From the IMG/VR virus record IMGVR_UViG_3300031841_005832: 64,000 nucleotides of DNA; one strand, given 5' to 3'. This DNA is from an uncultured virus (IMG/VR IMGVR_UViG_3300031841_005832). Lineage: Duplodnaviria; Heunggongvirae; Uroviricota; Caudoviricetes. Position numbers and translations under genes: made by a program. Positions 9,544 to 19,120 of the stretch are shown here, in pieces; positions within the stretch are counted from its first letter, which is position 1; each line of letters opens with the position of its first letter. The notes beneath the pieces are model-generated. The model was not told the origin of the DNA and made no database searches. It saw only the letters and a program-made list of their open reading frames with translations.

Positions 9544-10653
9544 TTAGTTATTTTTATTCCATGTGGGATTTTTAAAATTCAAAGAAAGCTGACGTCCACG
9601 AGATGAAATAGCTACACGCTTCTCTACAATCCAGCCCTTGTCAGAATAGAGGGGAATAATCTCTTTCAAGCTGCTTATCCACGAAGGCATACAGTGAATT
9701 TCTTTTCCATTCTTTGTATCAAAATCGTCCCAGGGCTCCCTGAGAATTTTGTTTATCATCTTGACTAGTTGTTGTTTTTGCATGACTAAAAGATCGGCAA
9801 GAATATTACAGTGGTCTGTTTGATTGGCTTTCCATCCCAAGACTGAGCTAATTCTCCTGACTTGAATTCTATCATTTCAGGCCCTAGAACTCTGCATCGT
9901 TGTCTGTTCTCAAGGGTTCTTTCTCCCGGCTCTACGTACTGAAAATCTTCGTTTTGAAATACTATGACCTTGTCTACTTGTCTTACTTCGCAAGTATTCG
10001 TAGTGGACCGTTCCACCCTGTAGAACACTACATCGTCCTCTGAATACGTCTGGACGAAAAATATCTTTCCTTTAAATCTAACAGACATCAAATATAAGTA
10101 ATTGAAATTTTCTAGATTTTCAAAGTTTTTTCTAATCTTCGAAGGCAGGTCTAAGAGAAAGAGACCGGAACCTAACCAGATCTCCGCCTTTTAGCGCTCG
10201 GACAATTCCACTATCAGAGATATCAACAACCATCATGGGTTCTTTTTTCATGGTATCTGACCTATGAACTACCATGGTTCCTTCTGACAGCCAGCTGCTG
10301 TTGTTCTTTTTGATTGATCTGTTTGTCTCAGAGACTTCTGCGGCTGCCTCCCAGTTTATCCTCTTGTTGGGTTTTGAGAACCTTATTTCGTCACGAGTTC
10401 TGTCGTCTGTCCACTGGATGGACTTTTTCTTTTTTCTACCCTTGGAAAGATTCCAGTCTTGTATTTTCTTATGAGATGCATCGATCTTTGCATCAAGAAT
10501 AGCAAGTCTTTCTTCAAGCCAGGAAGAAGTTTCTTTTTGGATCTCTTCTAGGACTTCTTTTCTCTGAGAGAGAAGTTCATCAAGTTCACCCCAAAGTTCA
10601 TTCTTGATTGATTCTTTAGCTTGACTGAGAACTTGTTTTCTGTTGCGAATCAT
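9544..10653 (-). CDS. Three hypothetical genes (9544-~9783, 9786-~10088, 10132-10653)
   Basis: Co-oriented ORFs; the last has a strong SD and its own promoter. Confidence 0.6.
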
Positions 10654-10676
10654 AACGCCTCCTAGCTTATAGTAAT

Positions 10677-10705
10677 ATTATAAACCAGACTGACAAAATT
10701 TGCAC
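10677..10705 (-). promoter_or_regulatory. Promoter GTGCAA-N17-TATAAT
   Basis: Exact match upstream of 10132-10653. Confidence 0.8.
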
Positions 10706-10708
10706 AAA

Positions 10709-10879
10709 TTATTTTAAGTCATAGTGAATTACGTTATCTTCTTCCTCTTCGTTCATATCGATGATGATAACTCTAGAGGGTTCTTCGGTAGGAATTTCTT
10801 TTTCGTAGTAGTCTTCAACTTTTCTAAGCTGAAGATAAAGGCGCCCATCAGGACCTTGTACAACTTCTGTTACTGTCAT
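10709..10879 (-). CDS. 56-aa acidic hypothetical protein, not in ORF track
   Basis: MTVTEVVQGPDGRLYLQLRKVEDYY...; GGAGG SD; GTGTAA-N17-TATACT promoter at 10901-10929. Confidence 0.65.
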   Translation of the reverse strand: MTVTEVVQGPDGRLYLQLRKVEDYYEKEIPTEEPSRVIIIDMNEEEEDNVIHYDLK

Positions 10880-10928
10880 AACAACCTCCGTTCATATCTA
10901 AGTATAACACGGTGGATGACAGTTTACA

Positions 10929-11114
10929 CTATCCGTCGAGCAAACTCCAAACAGTTCCAAAAGCAGTGGAAACTAAACCAGTCATTAGTCCCATATCTCT
11001 ATCATGTGCATAAAAAATTGTGATGCCCGCTAAGACACCTAACAAAACTACACCCGCAACTTTTTTGGCTGCAAGTCTTTTCTTTCCTTTGTCGTCAACT
11101 CTTACTATTGGCAT
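10929..11114 (-). CDS. Small two-TM membrane protein
   Basis: Two hydrophobic segments. Confidence 0.6.
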   Translation of the reverse strand: MPIVRVDDKGKKRLAAKKVAGVVLLGVLAGITIFYAHDRDMGLMTGLVSTAFGTVWSLLDG

Positions 11115-11123
11115 ATCTCTCTC

Positions 11124-12458
11124 CTAGTACTTGTAATCTTCTGACTTGAATGGACCGGATATCTCCACCCCAATGTACTTCGCTTGCTCGGGAGACAGAG
11201 TTTCTACTTCTGCTCCAACGTGGTCTAAATGAAGCCTTGCGACTTCTTCGTCTAAATGCTTTGGAAGAACATAAACTTTGTTCTCATATTGATCGGATTT
11301 TTCCCATAACTCTATCTGTGCAAGCACTTGGTTTGTAAAAGAGTTAGACATGACAAAGCTTGGGTGGCCCGTTGCACAACCTAGATTAACAAGGCGACCT
11401 TCAGCAAGAAGAATAATGTTCTTCTGCTCTCTCTTCTCTAGACCCGTGATCTTTCTAAGGAAAGAAGTCTTGATCCTAAAGATATCTACCTGAGGTTTGA
11501 TGTTTTCTTTTTCGCAATTCTCTTCAAGCCAAGCAACATCTATCTCATTGTCGAAGTGCCCGATGTTGCAAACGATTGCGTTATGCTTCATCTTGTGAAA
11601 ATGGTTAGAATTAACAACAGAGAAGTTACCTGTCGCTGTTACAACAATGTCGGCTTCTTTAACAGCGTCTTCCATTTTCATAACTTGATAACCATCCATC
11701 GCTGCCTGTAGAGCACATATAGGATCGATCTCAGTTACTATGACTCTGCATCCTGCAGATGCCAGAGATGCGACTGAACCCTTTCCTACATCTCCGTATC
11801 CCGCAACGACCGCGACTTTTCCGGCCATCATGATATCTGTCGCTCTTCTTATTGCGTCGACGCAACTCTCCTTGCACCCATATTTGTTATCAAACTTACT
11901 TTTGGTTACAGAATCATTCACGTTTATACACGGAACTGGGAGCTGACCCTTAGCTTCGTATTCACGTAGTCTCAAAACCCCTGTGGTGGTCTCCTCTGTT
12001 ACACCTTTAATTTCGTCGTAAAGAGCTGGATGATTCTCAAGGACATACTTTGTAAGATCTCCCCCGTCGTCGAGAATCATATTAGGTCCTTTATCACCGA
12101 ACCAAAGTACTTCTTCTAGACATTCTTCATATTCTTCTTCAGTCATTCCTTTCCACGCGAAAACCGGGATGCCTTTTGAAGCTATGTAAGAAGCTGCGTG
12201 ATCCTGCGTTGAGAAAATGTTACAAGTCATCCACCTCACATTAGCACCCAGGTCAATTAGAGTATCTATTAGAACAGCCGTCTGAATTGTCATGTGGAGA
12301 CAACCGGCTATCCTGGCTCCCTTCAAGGGTTTCTTCTCAGCAAACTTTTCTCTAAGCGACATCAGGCCAGGCATTTCGTGTTCTGCAAGTCTGACTTCTT
12401 TCTCTCCCCACGCAGAGAGGGAGATATCAGCTATTTTAAAATCTTTCTTACCATTCAT
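11124..12458 (-). CDS. ahcY: S-adenosylhomocysteine hydrolase
   Basis: [45 protein letters not shown]. Confidence 0.97.
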   Translation of the reverse strand: MNGKKDFKIADISLSAWGEKEVRLAEHEMPGLMSLREKFAEKKPLKGARIAGCLHMTIQTAVLIDTLIDLGANVRWMTCNIFSTQDHAASYIASKGIPVFAWKGMTEEEYEECLEEVLWFGDKGPNMILDDGGDLTKYVLENHPALYDEIKGVTEETTTGVLRLREYEAKGQLPVPCINVNDSVTKSKFDNKYGCKESCVDAIRRATDIMMAGKVAVVAGYGDVGKGSVASLASAGCRVIVTEIDPICALQAAMDGYQVMKMEDAVKEADIVVTATGNFSVVNSNHFHKMKHNAIVCNIGHFDNEIDVAWLEENCEKENIKPQVDIFRIKTSFLRKITGLEKREQKNIILLAEGRLVNLGCATGHPSFVMSNSFTNQVLAQIELWEKSDQYENKVYVLPKHLDEEVARLHLDHVGAEVETLSPEQAKYIGVEISGPFKSEDYKY

Positions 12459-12864
12459 CTTTTTGTATCATCCAGTCTTTAAACTCTTCTTTTCCGCCCC
12501 GTTCTGACCAGTCTGAATCTACACATAGACGAGAAGATATGCCCCCTCTAGGGTTTGTTAATAAAACAAGACGCAACCTTCTGGGTTTGTAAACCTCAAA
12601 CAAATCATCATAGATCACGTTGATTATTCTCTCGTAAGAATACAGCTGGTTCCTAAATTCGTAAATGTACTCTTTGAGAGATTTCAACTCTATGACTGAA
12701 TTATTCGGGTAGAAGGTTATGTAAAGACTTGCAAAGTCGGGCTTGTCTTTGTCCCCCATGAAAGTGAGCTCAGGTATCTTTGTCTTTATTTCGTACGCCT
12801 CTCCACTAGGATTGGGAATTGACTTAAGTGAACTTCTGTTCTTTGTCCAGTCTCTCTTAGCCAT
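12448..12864 (-). CDS. QueF-like T-fold protein lacking the catalytic Cys
   Basis: [12 protein letters not shown] QueF motif, [13 protein letters not shown] where QueF has PEFTxLCP. Confidence 0.8.
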   Translation of the reverse strand: MAKRDWTKNRSSLKSIPNPSGEAYEIKTKIPELTFMGDKDKPDFASLYITFYPNNSVIELKSLKEYIYEFRNQLYSYERIINVIYDDLFEVYKPRRLRLVLLTNPRGGISSRLCVDSDWSERGGKEEFKDWMIQKDEW

Positions 12865-13259
12865 TAACTATCCTTGGCACCTTTTCCGTACCATCGAGCA
12901 TTTCTGCCTCTTGTGTCATAGTGGGTAAACGTGGTATAAAGTCCGATTCCTCCACTTTTCATCTGTCCGGACTCGATCAAGTGAAGAATTGCTTTCTTAA
13001 CTTCCGTGGGCTCCATGCCCTTGACAACTAGATCTCCGGCTCGAGCAAGCATATGCTGACTCTTTTTTGCTCCACCGATCTTCTTGTTGTACTCGGGAGA
13101 TCTATAACCTGAAATTATAGTTATCGGCATTTGAATGTGGTCTCTAAGGACTTGTAAGTTATCAGCAAGCTCCTGGACGTTTTCCATTAATTCAGGCGGA
13201 ACGTCAGAACCATCCTTGCATCTGAACTCGTGTAAAGAGAAATTTTCTGTTAGTTTCAT
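12864..13259 (-). CDS. Peptidase M15A family (endolysin-like)
   Basis: SGYRSPEYN..IGGAKKSQH...AGD...FTHYDTRG. Confidence 0.9.
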   Translation of the reverse strand: MKLTENFSLHEFRCKDGSDVPPELMENVQELADNLQVLRDHIQMPITIISGYRSPEYNKKIGGAKKSQHMLARAGDLVVKGMEPTEVKKAILHLIESGQMKSGGIGLYTTFTHYDTRGRNARWYGKGAKDS

Positions 13260-13268
13260 TTTTTCACC

Positions 13269-13460
13269 TCAAGAGTAACTATCTCTGTACCATCCTTTTC
13301 CCTTTAGGGAAAAAGAAGTCTTTCCGATAACCCTCTCTACTTCGACAGAAGAACAATGGACACAAACTATTTCTTCCTTCGAATTATCTGTCCTTGTGGA
13401 AAGAGTTATTTTTTCAAAGCTTTTTTCACAGCTAATACATTGGTATTTGTAAATCGGCAT
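13269..13460 (-). CDS. FmdB-family zinc-ribbon protein
   Basis: MPIYKYQCxxC...CxxC...FSLKGKGWY. Confidence 0.85.
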   Translation of the reverse strand: MPIYKYQCISCEKSFEKITLSTRTDNSKEEIVCVHCSSVEVERVIGKTSFSLKGKGWYRDSYS

Positions 13461-13475
13461 TTTGTTTTCCAAAAA

Positions 13476-13566
13476 TGGCGGAGAGGGAGGGATTCGAACC
13501 CCCGGTGGTTATTAGCCACGCTGCTTTTCAAGAGCAGTGCAATAAGCCAGACTCTGCCACCTCTCC
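13476..13566 (-). tRNA. tRNA-Ser (anticodon UGA)
   Basis: GGAGAGG/CCTCTCC acceptor stem, G discriminator plus encoded CCA, CTGCT-CTTGAAA-AGCAG anticodon arm, long variable arm, GTTCGAATC T-loop. Confidence 0.95.
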
Positions 13567-13572
13567 TAAGTC

Positions 13573-13851
13573 TTATTTTTCAGGGACATGTTTCTTAAAA
13601 TAAAGAATGTGATTTTTCCCACCAGGAGCACTAACTTCGAACTTATAGTCGTATTCTTCTTCAGTAGAGATCTCATAAAGCTCTTCTGAGTCTTCTGGCT
13701 TTCCGATTTTCTTTGACACGTGATCCAGGTGATTTACCCTGTATTTCTGTTCAGACTTTCTGTAAAGGCCTGTCTTGTCGTCTCTTGAAAAAGAAACTGT
13801 GGTTCCTTCCGACTTGTGAACACCTTTTTTTCTAGCGATAGGTTTTGCCAC
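13573..13851 (-). CDS. Hypothetical protein
   Basis: GTG start with AGGAG; lies between tmRNA and tRNA. Confidence 0.6.
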   Translation of the reverse strand: MAKPIARKKGVHKSEGTTVSFSRDDKTGLYRKSEQKYRVNHLDHVSKKIGKPEDSEELYEISTEEEYDYKFEVSAPGGKNHILYFKKHVPEK

Positions 13852-13869
13852 CTAGAATCTCCTTTGAAA

Positions 13870-14150
13870 AAGAAGCGGCTTATTGGGTAACAAGGAAAGC
13901 CGCAAACCCCGCAAAATTATGCCGCTAAGGCAAAATCCTGAAGCTCAACATCATCGTTGGCATTTATGTTTTTAAGCGTTTTGACAGTGACCATCGCTTC
14001 CCACTGCCTTGCACGTCTTGTCTTCCAAACCTAGTCGAAACCGTGCGCCCCCGTAAAAAATGGTGGAGGCGGAGGGAATCGAACCCTCGTCCTAAATTCT
14101 TCTAACAACCCGTCATTCACAAGGTTGTCCGGTTTTGAATAGATCCGGCA
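13870..14150 (-). ncRNA. ssrA: Circularly permuted (two-piece) tmRNA
   Basis: T-arm plus CGCCTCC-A-CCA (ends at 14061) precedes GGGGGCG (starts at 14052), separated by an 8-nt spacer; G3:U70 pair; PK1; tag ANDDVELQDFALAA* at 13961-13917; outer ends approximate. Confidence 0.93.
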
Positions 14151-14160
14151 ACTATTTTAC

Positions 14161-14364
14161 TTACTTCTTATTGACAAAAGCCAGAAGCTTTTCAGCCTCA
14201 GTAAGAACATCCTCTGTCGTAAAAGGCTGAATCGCTTGACGTGTCCCTTCCGGCTTCATATGTTCGTTCTCAAATTGTCGCTGAACTCTAGACTCAACAA
14301 TTCCAATTGCCATTCCCAATAGTTCTGTTCGCAGTTCGTAGCCGCTCTTTGTAGAATTACCCAT
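14161..14364 (-). CDS. Small phage hypothetical protein
   Basis: SGYELRTELLGMA...PFTTEDVLTEAEKLLAFV; AGGAG SD. Confidence 0.7.
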   Translation of the reverse strand: MGNSTKSGYELRTELLGMAIGIVESRVQRQFENEHMKPEGTRQAIQPFTTEDVLTEAEKLLAFVNKK

Positions 14365-14411
14365 GATTATCTCCTTTCTGTGTGTATGTGTGTTAACACA
14401 TGGGCTATCAA

Positions 14412-14446
14412 AAAAGGCATACAACAACCTCTGATGTATGCCTTTT
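14412..14446. terminator. Hairpin with A/T tails (bidirectional intrinsic-terminator-like)
   Basis: aaaaggcataca ... tgtatgcctttt perfect 12-bp inverted repeat. Confidence 0.65.
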
Positions 14447-14489
14447 GTAATATATTAAGGTGGGAATGTGTGTATAAAGGAAAGTTATT

Positions 14490-15308
14490 TTATTCTTCGT
14501 CAGATTCTTTGCGCCACTTCTCGAGTTTCTTGACTCTCTTTTCGAGTCTTTCACCGTCGAAATCAGCGTTGATTGAAACCTGGTTCTCGAGCGTTCCGAT
14601 TCTAGACTTGACTTCAGCAACCTCTGCTGTGAGTTGTGCGTGAACTGCCTGACACTGACCCGGAGATTTATCCTGCCCTTTTGATTCGAGCTTGATCTTC
14701 GCCATCTTTTCTTCGTGCCGCTGTTCTGCCCACTGCTTATAAAACTTCATTGCTGCGCCGCCACCGAACACTGCGAGTGCCGCGAGGATGATTGTAACTG
14801 TGGGATCTGATGCGTTGTCCTTTGCGAGTTTCATAAGTTCCGATGATACCGCATCAGGTGTGGGTTGTTGTACAGTAGCGATTAGTTCCTGGTCTTTTTT
14901 CGCCATGCTTGCGCCTCCTTCTATCTGTTCTTCGTTTTTTTCTTCGGTGATAGAAGCTGTTTCTTCTTCCACCGGTTTTTCTGCCACTTCCGTAAGTATC
15001 GGTTCGATCTTCTGAATCTCATCTTGTTTTTTCGGGTTTGATACTCTTCCCGGCTTTTGATCCTTGATTTCTCGGGCAGATTCTTCACGGACAGATTCTC
15101 GAGGTTTCTCTCTGATTTCCGCAACGGGTGGGGGAGTTTCTTGGGTTTTCTTAATATCTTGAGGTTCGTATGGGATTCTGAGAACAGTTCCCACTTCCAG
15201 GTCACAGTTAACGGTCCAATCATCTACCCAAGAATTTCCCTTGGAATCTAGAAGTTTCTCCTCTATGAGAATGGATACATCACCTTTTTGTAACTTGCAT
15301 TTTGACAT
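14490..15308 (-). CDS. Membrane-anchored coiled-coil protein
   Basis: Single TM (VTIILAALAVFGGGAAM) followed by coiled coil. Confidence 0.65.
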   Translation of the reverse strand: MSKCKLQKGDVSILIEEKLLDSKGNSWVDDWTVNCDLEVGTVLRIPYEPQDIKKTQETPPPVAEIREKPRESVREESAREIKDQKPGRVSNPKKQDEIQKIEPILTEVAEKPVEEETASITEEKNEEQIEGGASMAKKDQELIATVQQPTPDAVSSELMKLAKDNASDPTVTIILAALAVFGGGAAMKFYKQWAEQRHEEKMAKIKLESKGQDKSPGQCQAVHAQLTAEVAEVKSRIGTLENQVSINADFDGERLEKRVKKLEKWRKESDEE

Positions 15309-15318
15309 TTTAATTTCC

Positions 15319-18300
15319 TTAGAGAGAGATCACGATCACATCGATCACCGCAGACCCTGTGTTTCCTTTGTTGACCAGTTCCAATCGATCTAGAGATATA
15401 CCACGTGTGACAAGATATTCTTCAACCCGATCCACAACTCTCTGGCCGTATTCTTCAGAACGTTCGTTAAGAGTATTTATCTCGATCCTGACTCGCATCG
15501 TTGGGTGCTTGTCTAACAGATCTTTGATCGCCGCCAAAGATTTGTACACAGCGCCGTGGAACTCATGAGGTTCAGGTTCCTCAACGATTTCTTGTTCGGG
15601 TTGTTCTGGTTCTTCGGGTTCTTCCGCTTTTTGAGGTTCCACCTTGGGTTCTTCACTTTCGTAACTTACTGATAATAACCCGCGCAACTTTGGGGTTCCT
15701 GGTTCGTTTGCGATTCCAACTGAAACACCGGGCTGAATCGCGAAGTTCCCGATTTTAAATCTGTAACCCACCACAACTTCGGATGGGTTGTAATCCATGT
15801 AACGGCGTTCAAGCCATTCTGCAGTAATTCTCCCATCCTCAGAACCAATATAGATACCAGCGGTGATATCCTTTTCAAGATCTTCAAGCGGATCCCTTCC
15901 CACGAATCCAACACTCACGCCGAAAGTATCACCGAAGTAACCTCCACTAGCGCCGAGTTCCGGAACCCATCGATCGTTTGATATCGGAACGTAACCACTA
16001 CCTCGAATCACGATTCCGAACTTCTTAATCTCTGAAGAGAAACCTAACGTGAGGCGAGGATCAAGAAGATCGGGTTGTTCGGGTACAATGATTTCCGCAA
16101 TCGCATCCGCACCCAAGAACAATCTGTACTTGTTTGGTCCGAAGTTAAACTGGCTGTTGATCTCTTGGTGAATCAAGTGTTCAATGAGTACATCTCTTTC
16201 CCCTCCCGAAGTTTTGTAAACGAGCGGGGACCACGCGTAACCGGTAACTGAACGTAAAGAGAATTCACCTCTTGCGGGAGAATCCATTGTAAGGAAATCA
16301 TTCCCATATGGGATTCTGTAGGTTTGATGTTTGGGAACTTCTGCAAACACGTTTGAGGTTATAATCAGGGCGAACAGGACAAGTACAACAGAGGATCTTT
16401 TTCGCATCACTGTGAGGATTCCTGCGAGTAACATCAAGGAAACCGGTGAACCCGTTCCCGTAGAAGAACATCCCCATCCTCCTCCGTACTCTCCTTCGAT
16501 CACTTCACCCGCATCAGGAATGGGTTGAACTGCGGCATCGAGTTCCACAACTTCCGCATCAACAACAGGTGCGGCATCCACGATTACAGCAGAATCCACG
16601 GGCACCTGAACATCTGGTACAACAGCTGCATCCGGAATGATAGAAACATCAGGAACAGCGGCATCAACCACGGCAGAATCAGGAATGGCGGCATCTACAA
16701 TGATTTCCGCATCGATTTCGGCATCGGGTATCGCAGCATCGATTTCTGCGTCTACTTCCGCATCAATCGCTGCATCTGGAATTGCCGCATCGGGTATGAT
16801 CGAATCATCAACGGGATCACACACATCTCCGATTCCATCTTCATCGATATCTTCCTGACCAGGATTTGCAGCCGCTGGACAGTTATCAACATCTCCACAA
16901 ACCCCATCCCCATCTGAATCGTTGGCGGGATCAAGTGGACACGGATCAGAATCATCGCAGAGAGAATCCACATCAGTATCGCCTGAGTTATCGTCCCCGG
17001 TACATACATCTACAGAATCGCAGATCCCATCTCCATCGGTATCATCGGGATTGTTTTCAGGACACACATCACATCCATCAGGAACTCCATCACCATCGAG
17101 ATCTGCAGCATCACTGAATCCCAAACAGATATCTACATCATCGCAAACACCATCTTCGTCCGCATCATCTGGGTTACTGGTTGGACATTGATCACAGAGA
17201 TCAGGTACTCCATCTCCATCCGTGTCAAAATTGTCATCAAAACCGGGACAAATATCGGCAGAATCGCAAACAGTGTCAAAATCAGAATCGTCCGGATTAT
17301 CTAGTGGACAAGGATCCACATCACCACAAACTCCATCGCCATCGATATCGTTTTCCGCATCAAGTGGGCAGCTGTCCAAACAATCAACGATCGTATCACC
17401 ATCTGTGTCCAACAAGTCATCTTGACCCGGACAAATATCATCGGGATCTAGAATGGTATCACCATCTGAATCTGTTTCGAGTGCGTTTAGAATCCCATCA
17501 GAATCATCATCTAAACCACCTAGCGCATCCTCTCCTTGTACACATACATTTTCTACGGGGATTACACCATCACACAATCCATCGCCATCAGAATCAGGGT
17601 TATTGGGATCTGTTCCAATGGTTAACTCAACCGCATCATCGATTCCATCATCATCATCGTCCAGATCGAGATCAATGATTCCACTGCCGAACACGATCAC
17701 AGCGATCGTTTCCTGATCGTGGTTTCTTTCCGGATCCGCAAACCAATCTTCGTTGATCTTAAACGAGATGAAATCCATGCCGATTCCACAAACCATCGCC
17801 CATCCACCATCTTGACCAACACGTGAGTTCATTGAAATAACTGCGGGTGTAACCTGTTGGTGAGGTGCGAGTAAAGGTTCTGATTTACAGTTCTCGTCGA
17901 ATCCCATTCCTCCGCCACCAGGAACAGCGGGTACCACACTACTTTCCCAAAGAATGTTGTTGCCGTTGATATCGGTGAGTTCACCCCACGCATCTCCCGT
18001 AATCGCAACCCATCCAATGGATTCTGGAACGGCAACCTCTCCTGGTAGCGCCTCCGATCTTTCTAGTGCGATTTGAAACCCGTTCGGTTGAACATCACTA
18101 ATTGCTGCGGTCAAAAAAGGAACAGAGGCAAGTTGAGGTATTCCCGCAAGGTTTTGTTCGTTGTTCATCGTTTGTATCTGAGAAACAACAGCGGGTGTTG
18201 AAGGATATTCAACATCGAACTGTACGGGTTCCCAAGATCCCTGTTGGTTGAAATTTAAACCGAACTGTTGCGCGGTCGTGTCCGCGATGTCCGCAATCAA

Positions 18301-18651
18301 AAAAGATCCATCGGGTAAACCGTGAACTCCTCTCTCAACCGCCATGTATGTTATATTGACAGATAAGTGATCCGGATCATGACCACCAGAAGGTTCCACA
18401 ATCTGTGCAAGAAAACCCACGTTCGTAACTTCTCTGATCCTGATCGTAAAAGGTTGTCCTCCTGGTGATGGGCCGGGAGAAACAATCACAACAGGCGTAT
18501 CACTGAACGGTGTTTGAAACTGTATTGGGACCCAAACGTTAGGTGGCCCTCCGATTGTAGAAGGTAACGTAACTTGTCTGGTTTCTATCTCAAGAGCGTG
18601 AGATACATTTGGTAGGATTAAAAAAAGAAAAGCTAGCAAATATTTTTTCAT
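15319..18651 (-). CDS. Large secreted/outer-membrane protein: beta-rich N-terminal domain, thrombospondin type-3 repeats, DAA(I/V)PD repeats, internal MYXO-CTERM-like segment, beta-barrel and degenerate OmpA-like C-terminus
   Basis: DxDGDGxCDxxDxCP repeats; GGGWGCSSTG...LMLLAGILTVMRKR; VEEYLVTRGISLDRL. Confidence 0.8.
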   Translation of the reverse strand: MKKYLLAFLFLILPNVSHALEIETRQVTLPSTIGGPPNVWVPIQFQTPFSDTPVVIVSPGPSPGGQPFTIRIREVTNVGFLAQIVEPSGGHDPDHLSVNITYMAVERGVHGLPDGSFLIADIADTTAQQFGLNFNQQGSWEPVQFDVEYPSTPAVVSQIQTMNNEQNLAGIPQLASVPFLTAAISDVQPNGFQIALERSEALPGEVAVPESIGWVAITGDAWGELTDINGNNILWESSVVPAVPGGGGMGFDENCKSEPLLAPHQQVTPAVISMNSRVGQDGGWAMVCGIGMDFISFKINEDWFADPERNHDQETIAVIVFGSGIIDLDLDDDDDGIDDAVELTIGTDPNNPDSDGDGLCDGVIPVENVCVQGEDALGGLDDDSDGILNALETDSDGDTILDPDDICPGQDDLLDTDGDTIVDCLDSCPLDAENDIDGDGVCGDVDPCPLDNPDDSDFDTVCDSADICPGFDDNFDTDGDGVPDLCDQCPTSNPDDADEDGVCDDVDICLGFSDAADLDGDGVPDGCDVCPENNPDDTDGDGICDSVDVCTGDDNSGDTDVDSLCDDSDPCPLDPANDSDGDGVCGDVDNCPAAANPGQEDIDEDGIGDVCDPVDDSIIPDAAIPDAAIDAEVDAEIDAAIPDAEIDAEIIVDAAIPDSAVVDAAVPDVSIIPDAAVVPDVQVPVDSAVIVDAAPVVDAEVVELDAAVQPIPDAGEVIEGEYGGGWGCSSTGTGSPVSLMLLAGILTVMRKRSSVVLVLFALIITSNVFAEVPKHQTYRIPYGNDFLTMDSPARGEFSLRSVTGYAWSPLVYKTSGGERDVLIEHLIHQEINSQFNFGPNKYRLFLGADAIAEIIVPEQPDLLDPRLTLGFSSEIKKFGIVIRGSGYVPISNDRWVPELGASGGYFGDTFGVSVGFVGRDPLEDLEKDITAGIYIGSEDGRITAEWLERRYMDYNPSEVVVGYRFKIGNFAIQPGVSVGIANEPGTPKLRGLLSVSYESEEPKVEPQKAEEPEEPEQPEQEIVEEPEPHEFHGAVYKSLAAIKDLLDKHPTMRVRIEINTLNERSEEYGQRVVDRVEEYLVTRGISLDRLELVNKGNTGSAVIDVIVISL

Positions 18652-18723
18652 GTGGCTGCCTCCTAGAAGCATGCCTTAAATATTTGCTAGCTTTTACATG
18701 TTCAAAAGAATGAGAGAAGAAAT

Positions 18724-19065
18724 TTAAGCAGCTTCTTCCTCAGCTGCCTCTTCTTCGGCCTCTTCCTCTGCAGGTGCTTCTTCGGCCTCTTCCTCTGCAG
18801 GTGCTTCTTCGGTGGATTCCTCTACAGGCTCCTCTTCAGATGCTTCCTCTTCAGCCGGTGCTTCCTCTTCGGGAGTTTCCTCGGCTGGCGCATCTACTTC
18901 TTCAGCACCTGCATCTCCGCCTGCTTCCTCTTCACCTGCAGCGCCGCCATCAGCTTCTGATCCGCCTGCATCTACTACTGCTTCTTCCTGGGTTTCATCA
19001 CAGTCTTCACATCCGATGGTTCCCATCAAAAATAAAACGCAAAAAATCGTAAGAATATTCTTCAT
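18724..19065 (-). CDS. Acidic low-complexity lipoprotein
   Basis: Lipobox-like TIGC; tandem EEAPAEEEA repeats. Confidence 0.7.
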   Translation of the reverse strand: MKNILTIFCVLFLMGTIGCEDCDETQEEAVVDAGGSEADGGAAGEEEAGGDAGAEEVDAPAEETPEEEAPAEEEASEEEPVEESTEEAPAEEEAEEAPAEEEAEEEAAEEEAA

Positions 19066-19120
19066 TTCTTTCCTCCTTGTTATTAGAAATTGAGGCTTTC
19101 TTACTTGCCTCTTTAAAGAT

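Noticed and set aside
13476..13566. Suppressor or selenocysteine tRNA
   Set aside because: The anticodon reads UGA (decodes UCA, Ser), not UCA
14061..14092. A second tRNA or integration-site remnant
   Set aside because: It pairs with the downstream GGGGGCG and is explained as the acceptor piece of the permuted tmRNA
16331..17716. Plus-strand ORFs antisense to the TSP3 gene (and similar antisense ORFs elsewhere)
   Set aside because: Shadow frames of repetitive coding sequence with no SD or recognisable motifs
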